A stretch of DNA of 64,000 nt from Diplonema japonicum. Its lineage: Eukaryota > Protista > Euglenozoa: Diplonemea. The first letter of the stretch is position 1. Each line of letters begins with the position of its first letter. Shown here piece after piece: positions 36,901 through 45,902 of the stretch. The position numbers and the translations under genes were made by a program. Where the stretch lies: the NCBI GenBank assembly GCA_964019335.1, contig OZ025648.1:124001-188000 (forward strand), read 5' to 3'. The notes beneath the pieces were generated by a model. It was not told the origin of the DNA, did no database searches, and saw only the letters and a program-made list of their open reading frames with translations.

Positions 36901-38105
36901 TCCAGCTTCTTCACCGCTCTGAACGCAGCCCCGAGGTCCTTGCTCCGGCTGAGGTCGGCCGCCATCCTTCCCCATGCCTCACGCTTCGTCTCGTCAAGGA
37001 GTCGGTTGACTTCCTTCACCTTCGCCCTGTACTCCTCCACCACCACGTCCGCCTCTTGAAGCAGGAGTTCGCGCAGGGTGTTCCGCTCTTCGAAGGCGTC
37101 CTCGAGCTCAGCAGTCCACCAGGGGGTCGGGCCACGTCGCATCCCACAGAGGGGAATGTGGTCGTTCGCCGCAGTCAAAAGGGCTTGTGTAAACCCCTTC
37201 GTGACAGAGTCAATCGGAGCCGCCGTGTCAACACCAGCAAGCAGGCGGGCAACAGCAGCAGTGTAGTCATCCCATCTGGCTTTTTCGAAATTCCAGGTGG
37301 GGAAGGGGCGCTCCGAACGGTAGACGTCCTCAAGAGGCAGGTGAAAGGATACGGGACTATGATCGGAGCCCCACGTGCCCAGCGTCTTCGGCTCAAGCTT
37401 CGCGCAGCGCCCCACAACCAGGTCCAGAACGTGTCGTGACGAGTCCCTCGTCGGTTCGTTGCGGTCGTTGTAGACGGAGTACCCGTGGGTGTCCAGCCAG
37501 TCCCTGACCACGTTCCCCCTCTCGTTCGGCGTCGTCACCGTGGCGTCCCAGGAGCTGTGGTGAGCATTGAAGTCACCCGCTATGACTGTGTTCTTCCCCA
37601 TGGGAAGGCTGCCAGGCCGCAGGTACTCAGGGTCCCTCGTGCCTCTGCTCGCGCTTACCGGTGTAAGGTAAACGTTGGAGAGAGTGATCGGCTCACGCTT
37701 CTCGCAGGAGATCCTCACATCCAGTCTCTCAGTGACACAGTCCCCAGCCGGGAGTACGTGCGGAACCTCCTCCGAGGCAAGATCGTCGCGGACATACGTG
37801 ACAATACCACCACCCCTCGTCGCAGTGCCGTCAGTCACCGGTGTCAACCGATCCCTCCTGTATGACCTGTACCCAGGCAGGTGTGGCGTGTCGTGCCCTC
37901 CCCTCAGGTGCGTCTCCTGTATCATGATGATGTCCAGCGACAAGAAGTCAGCATGGCGAGATACGACGGTCCATTTCGCAACGAGGCCGTTGCAGTTCCA
38001 CGAGACAACCTTGAGACCCTTAGGCGACGGGGGCGGCAGCTTCTTGGGTGGGCCAGGGTTTGTTTCGACCAGCCCAAGCAGCCCCAGCAGGTCCCTGACG
38101 GACAT
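33955..38105 (-). CDS. Retrotransposon ORF2: 2A-like peptide, APE endonuclease, reverse transcriptase, RNase H, CCHC finger; one frameshift near 36047
   Basis: APE motifs SWNCNG, IQETH, GDFNAH, SDH; RT motifs YRPICL, GVPQGSVLGP, YADD; RNase H motifs YTDGS, CTDS, PSHCGVDGNEKAD; 'CPAC..H....C'. Confidence 0.92.
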
Positions 38106-38246
38106 CCTCCCGAGTAGGGTGGGGATCAGTGCAGAAAAGTCGGTGAAGAAACAGAGAGGTAGGAGTCTCCTGGGGAGGATGCGAGGGAGACTAGGAGAGG
38201 GAGCATGGTCGTAGATCTGCTGCTCCCCCTGTTCTGCGGGGCCCCT

Positions 38247-41000
38247 TCAATTGGATGGACCCATGGAGGCAGAGCGCCCCTTGACCCCATTGGTGAAGAG
38301 ATCTTTGGTCTCCGCGAACGACCTGGCCCGCCCCCTCGTACCCAGGTTCGTCACCGCAGCCTCAGAGGTCGTAGCGAGAGGAGGAGCCCCCTTCTTCCCC
38401 TTCCCCTTCCCTTTCCAGACACTGTCGTGTGTCGTCGTCGCCCCCGGTGTAGGGTCCCGCGGCTCTGCCGTTCCCGTCGTCAGCGTGGCCGCCTGCGGCA
38501 GGAGGAGGCGGAGCGTCGTCCGCAGATCGGAGATCATCTCCTGCTGAGAGTCGATCGTCCTCTGCAGCCCGACGATCGACTCCTTCAGCGTGGCGACGAG
38601 CTCAGTGAGAGCGGCGACCTCAGGCGACCCGGAAGGGACTCCCTCCTTGTTTCCCGCAGACACGTTGCGGGGCGGTGTAGGGGACGTCACAGTGTCGAGC
38701 TGGGGGGGAGCCACCGAGCTCGGTATGGACGCCCACGGGCTGGTGGGAGGAAGCCCAGTTGCTTTCACCGCAGGGCCAGTCTCCGAGGGTGTCGACGCCG
38801 ATACAGGTGCCGGGTCAGGTACAGGTGTAGTAGGCGCAGGTGCAGGTACATGAGAAGATGTGGGTGCCGGGGTCGAGGACGTTGCAAGCGCAGGTGCAGA
38901 TGCAGGTGTCGTCCTGTTGATGAGAGGGGGCGGCTTGACGGTCGGGTGGTCGTCCGCATCACGGAGGCAGACAAGGCGCCCCCCAAGGAGCCACGTCCTG
39001 GACTTCGGGGGCGGGCTGTCGACGACGATGAAGAACACGAGTTGCCTCGTGCCCTGGAACATCGTCTGCGTGCGTCGCAGGACGGAGGATGGTTTCCAAC
39101 CGATGTGGTCCATCACTTCGTCGAAGGCCGCCCTGGTGATGGACGGCGGGGCCCCGGTGAGCAAAAACTTGCGCTTCGTACGCAGTTTTGCGAGGGTTTC
39201 CCGGAGCCGCTGTTCCGTCTCCGGTAGGCACCGCACAGTCCATCCCTTACGGTGCGCCACCCCGAGAGACAACCCACCCAGCGTCCCCGCAATCCGAAAG
39301 GCATCCGCCCTCCCTTCCGCCACGATGGGTACATAAGCGTACCCCCCGCGTCTCTCCGTCGTCCGCATTAAGCACCCGTCCCCGGACCGGCGCAGGACGG
39401 CGTGGACGTGTGCTGCTTGCAGGCGCAGTCCCACCTCGTGGGTCCAGTGCCTCGCCCGCGGTTCCTCCTCACCGAACTTCCTTGGGCGGAAGACCGCACG
39501 ATCCTCCATCACCGCGCCCTGAGCCTTGGCGAGCTCCAGGGCCCTGGCCTTCGCCTCCTTCAGGCTGTCTGCACTGACACAGACGTAGACGACCTCCGAT
39601 CCGCTGTTGAAGGTGGAAGGCGGGGTGTAGGTGGGGGGGTCCAGCCCGAACGTGGAGACGTGGACCCTCCTGTTCACTGCGCGCGACCCAGAGACCATGA
39701 CAATCTCGCTGGGGGTGGTGACACCGGGGACCTCTGTCATAAGGACAAAGGTGATGGATGCCGTAGGTAACGCGGAGCACACGACCCCCATTCCGGAGGG
39801 ATCGTCGAGCGCAATGACAGCGCGGGATGTTTCCGTCGGGGGGGACACGTTGGTGTAGATCGGGGCGTCCCATGTGTCTGGCACCAGGTCCCATCGCGGG
39901 GTTGTGGAAGGGGCAGGGGCAGGGTCGTCCTCCATCTCCTCAGGGCCAGAGCTGGTGTCAGAGTCTGAGCTGAGGAGGAGCGTGCCTTGGTCTGTTGACG
40001 CGTCGGCGGAAGCGTTCGCGACTGCTTCGTCCTCGACCTTCTGGGCATCTGCCTTCTTGGCGGCCGCCAACCTCAAAGCTTCCTCCTTTTTGGCAGCGGC
40101 TGCGGCGGCTTCCTTTTCGGCGGCGGCGGTGGCTGCGACCTTCTTCTTCTCCTCGGCGGCGGCGGCTGCGGCTGCGGTCTCCTTCTCGGCGGCGGCGGCT
40201 GCAGCTTGCTTCCTGGCGGCGTCGGCTGCGGCCTTCCTCTCGGCGGCGGCGGCGGCAGCGGCTTTCTTCTCGGCGGCGGCCTTCTCCTCGGCGGCGGCGG
40301 CGGCTGCTGCTTTCTTCTCGGCGGCGGCGGCGGCTGCGGCTTTCTTCTTCTCGGCTGCAGCGGCTGCGGCTGTAGCCTTCTTCTCCTCGGCTGCTTTCAT
40401 CTCGGCCGCAGCACGCGCAGCCTCCTTCTCCTCTGCCGCAAGTCGTGCAGTAGACCGCTCGCGCAGAGCCTTCTCCTCAGCCTCGACTGCTCTGCGAGCA
40501 GCCTCCACACCAGCCACGCGTGCAGCTTCCGTCTCGGCTGCCATTTTGATAACAGCAGCATCAGCCACCTCCTGCGCAGCCTTCATCTTAGCAGCTATTT
40601 CTGCAGCTACCACGTCGGCCGACTCGCGTGCAGCTTCCAAATCAGCAGCGATTCCCGCGAGTTCGACGTCGGCCGCAGTGCGTGCGGCTTCGAGGGGGTG
40701 TGTGGCGTCAGCTATGTGTGCGGCTTCGGCGGCAGCGTCAGCGCGCGCGGCTCTGGCGGCCTTCCTCCTAGCTTTTTTGCTGGAGGTCGGGGTGGCGACG
40801 CTGGCGTCAGGCGAAACCGGCCTTTTGACGGAGCCGGTCGGGGTGGAGGCGACAGGTGTCGCTGGGCCGGCTGTAGCGGCGGCGGCGGCGGCGTCGGGCG
40901 TGAGGAGGTCAATTACGGTGACCACCCCCGTCATCTTCTCCCGGTGCTCCGGCGTCAGGAGCTGCCCCAGCTCCCCGGCTGCTCCAGCGCTGCGGAGCAT
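38247..41000 (-). CDS. Retrotransposon ORF1 (Ala/Lys/Glu-rich coiled coil, central globular region, Pro-rich linker, C-terminal coiled coil)
   Basis: Long open frame inside the TSD-bounded element. The first in-frame ATG is at 41000; an ATG at 41107 is one base out of frame. Confidence 0.8.
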   Translation of the reverse strand: MLRSAGAAGELGQLLTPEHREKMTGVVTVIDLLTPDAAAAAATAGPATPVASTPTGSVKRPVSPDASVATPTSSKKARRKAARAARADAAAEAAHIADATHPLEAARTAADVELAGIAADLEAARESADVVAAEIAAKMKAAQEVADAAVIKMAAETEAARVAGVEAARRAVEAEEKALRERSTARLAAEEKEAARAAAEMKAAEEKKATAAAAAAEKKKAAAAAAAEKKAAAAAAAEEKAAAEKKAAAAAAAERKAAADAARKQAAAAAAEKETAAAAAAAEEKKKVAATAAAEKEAAAAAAKKEEALRLAAAKKADAQKVEDEAVANASADASTDQGTLLLSSDSDTSSGPEEMEDDPAPAPSTTPRWDLVPDTWDAPIYTNVSPPTETSRAVIALDDPSGMGVVCSALPTASITFVLMTEVPGVTTPSEIVMVSGSRAVNRRVHVSTFGLDPPTYTPPSTFNSGSEVVYVCVSADSLKEAKARALELAKAQGAVMEDRAVFRPRKFGEEEPRARHWTHEVGLRLQAAHVHAVLRRSGDGCLMRTTERRGGYAYVPIVAEGRADAFRIAGTLGGLSLGVAHRKGWTVRCLPETEQRLRETLAKLRTKRKFLLTGAPPSITRAAFDEVMDHIGWKPSSVLRRTQTMFQGTRQLVFFIVVDSPPPKSRTWLLGGRLVCLRDADDHPTVKPPPLINRTTPASAPALATSSTPAPTSSHVPAPAPTTPVPDPAPVSASTPSETGPAVKATGLPPTSPWASIPSSVAPPQLDTVTSPTPPRNVSAGNKEGVPSGSPEVAALTELVATLKESIVGLQRTIDSQQEMISDLRTTLRLLLPQAATLTTGTAEPRDPTPGATTTHDSVWKGKGKGKKGAPPLATTSEAAVTNLGTRGRARSFAETKDLFTNGVKGRSASMGPSN

Positions 41001-41162
41001 CCTCTCCACCCGCCGCTCCTCCCTGGCCTTGGACTGGGCCAGCTGCGTGCTGGCCCCGTTCCCTTCCGGCTTTGCCTTCTCCTTGTGCTTGTCTTTCTTC
41101 TGCCCATTTTTCTTTTCTTTTCTTTTCTTTTCTTTTCTTTTCTTTACCCTACGACGGGCAAT

Positions 41163-41246
41163 TTTCTTTTTTTTTTCTTTTTCAAAATACCAATGCAGGG
41201 CCGCCATGGAGAGCAACACCTGAGAAAAGGGGAAAAAAGGTGAAGG
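41163..41246 (-). mobile_element. Severely 5'-truncated family A copy (3' end only)
   Basis: Nearly identical to 33515-33596; bounded by the tRNA-Glu flank TSD at 41150 and 41247. Confidence 0.85.
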
Positions 41247-41256
41247 GACGGGCAAT

Positions 41257-42022
41257 AATAATAATAATAATATTTGTTCCACTGCCAGTGGGGGAGACAA
41301 AAGGTGGAGAGAAGATAAAGAGGTTTGAAACATCAAAAGTCTGTGTTGCACAGGGTGACATAATTGTGCCTGGCAAATCACAGGGTGAAGCAAGACGGTA
41401 TTCAGTAAGGGGAGTGTGTGTATACTTCCTTTCAGATATTCCATTGTTCCATTCTTTCCTGGTCAAAATCTTCTCCTTTTGTATCGCCTATGGCGCAGTC
41501 AGTCTGCCTCTTGGCCCCCTAGTACATTCCTTCGACTGTCCTGCCCATGGCCACCTTTTTTCCTTTCCCCTGGTAGCGCATCCCCCTCAATAGGAAGGAT
41601 CGTCTTAAGGATTTCGGGGCGACTCTTGCCTTCGACCGGCCCCGAGCCGTCCCCATGCCGGTTTTTGTTTGTCGTTGGGGCTTGAATAGTTTTTCTTGCT
41701 TTCTGTTGTTTATTTATATAGTTTTTTTTCTTTTTTTTTTATTTTTTTTTTCTTTTCAATACACTGTACCGTCTTAAAAGGAGGGAGGGGTTTTTTGGCA
41801 GGGAACGAAAATACACTAGGGGAGGGGAGTGAAGGGAGGATTGTTCGAAGCACTATTTATTCCTTTTTTTTCTTTTTTCTTTTTTTTTTCTTTTTTTTTT
41901 TTTTCTTTTTTTCTTTTTTTTCTCTCATTCATTTCATTTCTTTTCTTTTTTCCCTACTCAACACCTTACTTGTCTCGCTCATGAGCCTAATGCTTTTAAT
42001 AGAGGAAACTCTACCATCCCAA
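41257..42022 (-). mobile_element. (ATT)n-tailed retroelement remnant (family B)
   Basis: 3' end CTGGCAGTGGAACAAATATTATTATT; bounded by TSD copies at 41247-41256 and 42023-42034. Confidence 0.65.
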
Positions 42023-42034
42023 ACGACGGGCAAT

Positions 42035-42560
42035 AATAATAATAATTATTCCACTACCAGGCGGGGGGGGATGGGGGGCGGAGAAAGTTGAAACCATAAA
42101 AATTGGGAAGGGAAGGTTAAAACAGTCTCTCTTACTGAGCCATATCGGGGGGGACCTCTTGCTCGTTTGCTCGACCTCTTGTATATTTTCCTGGGCCCCC
42201 GACATCCACCTTTCTTATTTTTTCCCCATTCCCCCGCCACGCAGCTCTTGGGCCTCGAAGGCTTCGGCTGTCACCAAATAAAGACAACCCCAAATATTAA
42301 AGGACGGCGATGAGATCCCTAATTTTGATTTATCCAGCCACAGGGACCCCACCATCTGCTGGTTTTGTTGGGCTGTGGGAGCCTAAAATATAAATTTGAA
42401 AAGGAAATGTAAAAGGAAAAGTCAAGTTCAGAACTCAACTTCCACAAAGAAGGGAGGAATGCATAACTAGAAAAGGAGCCTGGTAGGGAAAATAAAAAGA
42501 AAGGGAAACCAATGGGGGAGGGGGAAAAAAGAATTACTGGTTACTATTTCTAAAAAAAAA
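42035..42560 (-). mobile_element. Second family B remnant (5' boundary uncertain)
   Basis: 3' end CTGGTAGTGGAATAATTATTATT, nearly the same as 46768-46796. Confidence 0.5.
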
Positions 42561-43858
42561 AACCCCCCTTCTCAGCTGCGAAAGATGTTTTTCCAACGAG
42601 ACTCCCTATCGCGTAATGACGCGGGCGCACCAGGTAGGCCGGCGAGTGCTGTGGAGTCAATCGTCAGCGGGGAGGAAGAGGTTGTGAGAGGCGAAGTAGA
42701 GGAGGGGGACACGTTGGCAGATAACCCACCGGCCTTGGGCTTTCCCCGTGTGCGACAGGTCACACAATGGTGTTCCTTACACCCCTATGCGGTTCTGCCT
42801 GCCTACCCACCAGAAGTCGGACCTTCACCGAGAGACTGTGTCACACAATGGACTTACATCCCTTGAGGTGGTCCACCGTACTTGACGCCTCCGCTCCGAT
42901 TCTCTCTCCGCGGGAACCCAGCCTACAACTCTGGTGGCTGGAGGACCCACTTTGAAATCGAACCCCTCACGTGGAAAACACTGTTGCGCACTCTGGACAT
43001 TTTGCATTAATCTTGTTTTCTGTCGGCAAACAGTGCTCCCCACGCTCAGGCCACTTCGCTCGGGCGTTCAGGTCAGCTTCCCCAGGAAAACCATCAAACG
43101 GCGTCTCCGGATCCGGTCCTCGTTCTGGCGTGCAGGAGGCTTCCCCAGGGGATGCCATCCAACACGGCGCTCCGGCTCCGGCCCTCGGCCGCCCAACGCA
43201 ACACCGTTCCCCTGCTCCTCCTCTCGAGCTGCCTCTCAGCCGCGCAACCTTCACCACCTGCGCGTTGCCCAGGGACCACCACCGTGGAGGTGGGCAGCCA
43301 CCACACACACCGCGTTCGTCTACATGTTCATGTGTGTGTGTAATCGGACCCCTGACGGGCAGATAGAGTTCCACTACCAGGCGGAAGGAGGGGGGATAAT
43401 AATAATAACGGGTGGGTGTCGATTATGGACCTGAATTCCGGTGAAACAGCTTCCCGAGGTGGCTTGCGGCTTTTGCCTTTCCCCCGAAGGATGCTAAATC
43501 CCGTATTGGGCGATACGCTGCTATCACGGCGTCGCGGCGGCCAGGGTGTGGTGAGGTGGAATAGCAACGTCCAGTATTTTGGTCTGGAAGAAACCGGGGG
43601 CTCTGTTGAACCTGTTGCTGCCGGCGGTACTTGAGCTCATAGTTTCTTCCCCGAACGGTCGTTTCGATTCAAAAAAAAACAGCGGAATCTGAATCTTTCC
43701 ATCCCAGAGTACAAAATTTGGCTTGGGTTGGTCCTTAATGGGTTTACACTCGGCACCGAACATGAAGAGCTAGCTACTGGACAACAAATTCTATTTTAAC
43801 CATCCCGGCATTTGACCCCTGACCGGCAAGACCAGCTCCAGGGGACGAGTTCGGCATA

Positions 43859-44377
43859 TTGAAAACCCGGAAGTGGACCATGGTCGTTTTTTATTGGGTC
43901 CTGGAGAGCTGTGTTGCCAACTCCTCCATAATCTGGAAGAAGAGCAGAGAATGTGGCAAAAATTATGGCTTCCCGAGCTTCAAAGAAGAACTTGTTGGAA
44001 AGCTTCTCACCCATGCCCCAAAAACCGATCACACACACCCCCCGACAACACCGTCACCGACCCCCAAGCGCAAACACGCTAGCAATGAGGATTCCCTCAC
44101 TCAGAAATACCCAAAACGTCTCGATTTGACCCTAAATCACACCTCCGAGACCATGATGAACGGAACGAAGGTGAGGAGGGTGCTCTGTGCTGTTCCTGGG
44201 TGCGGGAAGAAGGTGCAAACGTGGTGCCCCTGTTGCAAAACCCCCTTATGCAAAACGTGTTTTTTACTCTTGCATGCTACCCCAGCTGAAAAAAAAACTC
44301 ACAGTTTGCTTTTTCATCCCACAGCCCCAAAAAGTCCCCAGACTGACCTCAATCCTAGAATTCAGGGCACCAAATAG
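43859..44377 (+). pseudogene. piggyBac-like transposase C-terminal fragment
   Basis: 'KWTMVVFYWVLESCVANSSIIW' and Cys-rich tail 'CAVPGC..TWCPCCKTPLCKTCFLLLH'; TTAA at 43796 and 44463. Confidence 0.7.
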
Positions 44378-44567
44378 GGCTGAATGCTGCCCTTTTAGCC
44401 CAGCAGACCCCCCAAAATCGGACATAAAAAGTACACCCTCAACCCCCCTCTTACACACAAAGTTAAGTGTTCTCATCTGAATCTGGCACACGGTGTTCTT
44501 GCTTCACTGTTTCGCCACTCACTTTGACAGCAGCGACCCTCACAGCTCATCAGAGAGTAAGGGAAAA

Positions 44568-44641
44568 AGGCACCTGAGGGATTTGAACCCTCGACCTCAC
44601 GCTTACTAGGCGTGCGCTCTAACCAACTGAGCTAAGGCGCC
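44568..44641 (-). tRNA. tRNA-Thr(AGT), copy 2
   Basis: Identical to 33227-33300. Confidence 0.95.
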
Positions 44642-44675
44642 ACACGATCGCCGGCCGTGTCCCCAACAAATATTA

Positions 44676-45560
44676 TACGAGACTGAGCGACGATTATTAA
44701 AGATCAACTGATGATTCTGAAATTCTTTCACTTGTCCCCACGATTGTGTCTGAGGGTGGACGCGGCGGTCTCGGTCGTGGGTTCGGCTTTCTTGTTGGCC
44801 CTGGGGGCGTGTTTGGCCACAGTGGCAGTGTTGCTGGCCACGGTAGCGGCGTTGGTGGTGTTGGTGGCCTCGTGGGCGCGTTTGGCCGCAGTGGCGGCAT
44901 TAGGTGCCGCGGAGTCGTTGTTAGCCGCAGGGGCTTGGTTGGCTGCAGAGGCAGCATTGGAAGCCACGGTGGCTCTGTTGGCCGCATTGGCGGCGCTGGA
45001 AGCGTTGGGGGCCACAGAGGCATGTTTGGCCGTTGAGGCGGCGTTGGGGGCCACGGAGGCATGAATGGCCGTGGCGGCGGCGTTGATGGTGGCGGTGTTA
45101 TTGGCCACTGGGGCGGCGGTGTTCGTTTCGGTGTCAGGGAGTGGGACCCTCGATGCCATGAGAGATGCATCGTAGGCTGACATGAGGTTCTTAGCCTCAC
45201 CCTTCACCTGCGCTCCGCTTTTCTTTTCCCTCTTCTCTGGGGAGGGGGTGCCGGCTGCCTTGCACTCAGCGCAAAAGAATGCTCCGCACTCCAGGCAGGT
45301 CCACCTCTTCCCGACTCCTGACGTCTCCTGCCCGCAGCCCAGGCATGACCCCGAGGTCTGCCTCTTCTTGGACAGCTGCTTGTGTTCGCAGCTCATCACC
45401 TTACCAGAGGTCTCCCTCGGATGGGCGGTCATCATCCCGCTTCCGTCCTTGTCTTCCATCCTCTCTCTCTCTCTCCCTGTCCTTCGCCTTGTCTTTACCC
45501 CTCCCCCTGTCCCTTTCTCCGTCTTTCGACATGATTGAAGTGTTGTTTTGGTTTTTTTTT
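44676..45560 (-). mobile_element. Insertion upstream of tRNA-Thr carrying a zinc-finger + Ala-rich repeat ORF (gag/ORF1-like)
   Basis: 25-bp direct repeats CCG(G/A)CCGT(G/T)TCCCCAACAAATATTA at 44651-44675 and 45561-45585; ORF 44728.. with 'CLGC..CLECGAFFCAEC'. Confidence 0.65.
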
Positions 45561-45649
45561 CCGACCGTTTCCCCAACAAATATTAAATGAAAAAAAAACA
45601 CCACACAGTAACCAAAGTTGAGGTAACCACTGGGGTAATTAATAAAAAA

Positions 45650-45722
45650 TGGTCGTGACAGGGCTCGAACCTGGGACCGTTGGCTTATTAGACCAATGCT
45701 CTACCGACTGAGCTACACGACC
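45650..45722 (-). tRNA. tRNA-Ile(AAT)
   Basis: GGTCGTGTAGCTCAGTCGG...TTGGT-CT-AAT-AA-GCCAA...GTTCGAGCCC. Confidence 0.95.
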
Positions 45723-45727
45723 GATGC

Positions 45728-45884
45728 TTTTTTTTGCAATAATAAAAACTGGGGGGAAACTGGGGGTGGGGGGAGGGGTGTGGGGTGTGTCCAGTCTGGG
45801 TGTGGAGACCATGCCGGCCCCGTGAGAGGTGGTAAGGGTGAGGTCCATGTCGGGGACTCTGAGGGCAAAGTCCGTGTACACTAC
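45728..45884 (-). mobile_element. Short poly(A)-tailed retroposon abutting tRNA-Ile
   Basis: T-run (poly-A on the minus strand) at 45728; TSD CGACCGATGC at 45718-45727 and 45885-45894. Confidence 0.7.
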
Positions 45885-45902
45885 CGACCGATGCGAAATA
45901 TT

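Larger units (their letters stand above)
33515..41149 (-). mobile_element. Near full-length non-LTR retrotransposon (Ingi/I-group-like; family A), inserted directly upstream of tRNA-Glu
   Basis: Poly(A) tail at 33515-33529; 13-bp TSD TACGACGGGCAAT at 33502-33514 and 41150-41162; ORF1 plus ORF2 (APE-RT-RNaseH-CCHC). Confidence 0.95.

Noticed and set aside
38247-38249. Genome-wide UGA reassignment
   Set aside because: Host genes here (THI4, the 11522 gene, 20023 gene) terminate at TGA and use TGG for Trp.
39874-41243. Long plus-strand Ala/Gly-rich ORFs
   Set aside because: Antisense shadows of the repetitive ORF1.
41150-41444. N-terminal extension of the 1065-aa ORF
   Set aside because: Lies outside the TSD, in neighbouring element fragments; fortuitously open.
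33502-42034. CRISPR-like repeat-spacer array from the recurring GACGGGCAAT
   Set aside because: Spacing ranges from ~90 to 7600 bp, the inserts are retroelement pieces and the context is eukaryotic; these are TSDs.
42572-43434. Intact gene among overlapping Cys-containing ORFs
   Set aside because: Fragmented frames and no clear family; likely a degraded TE relic.
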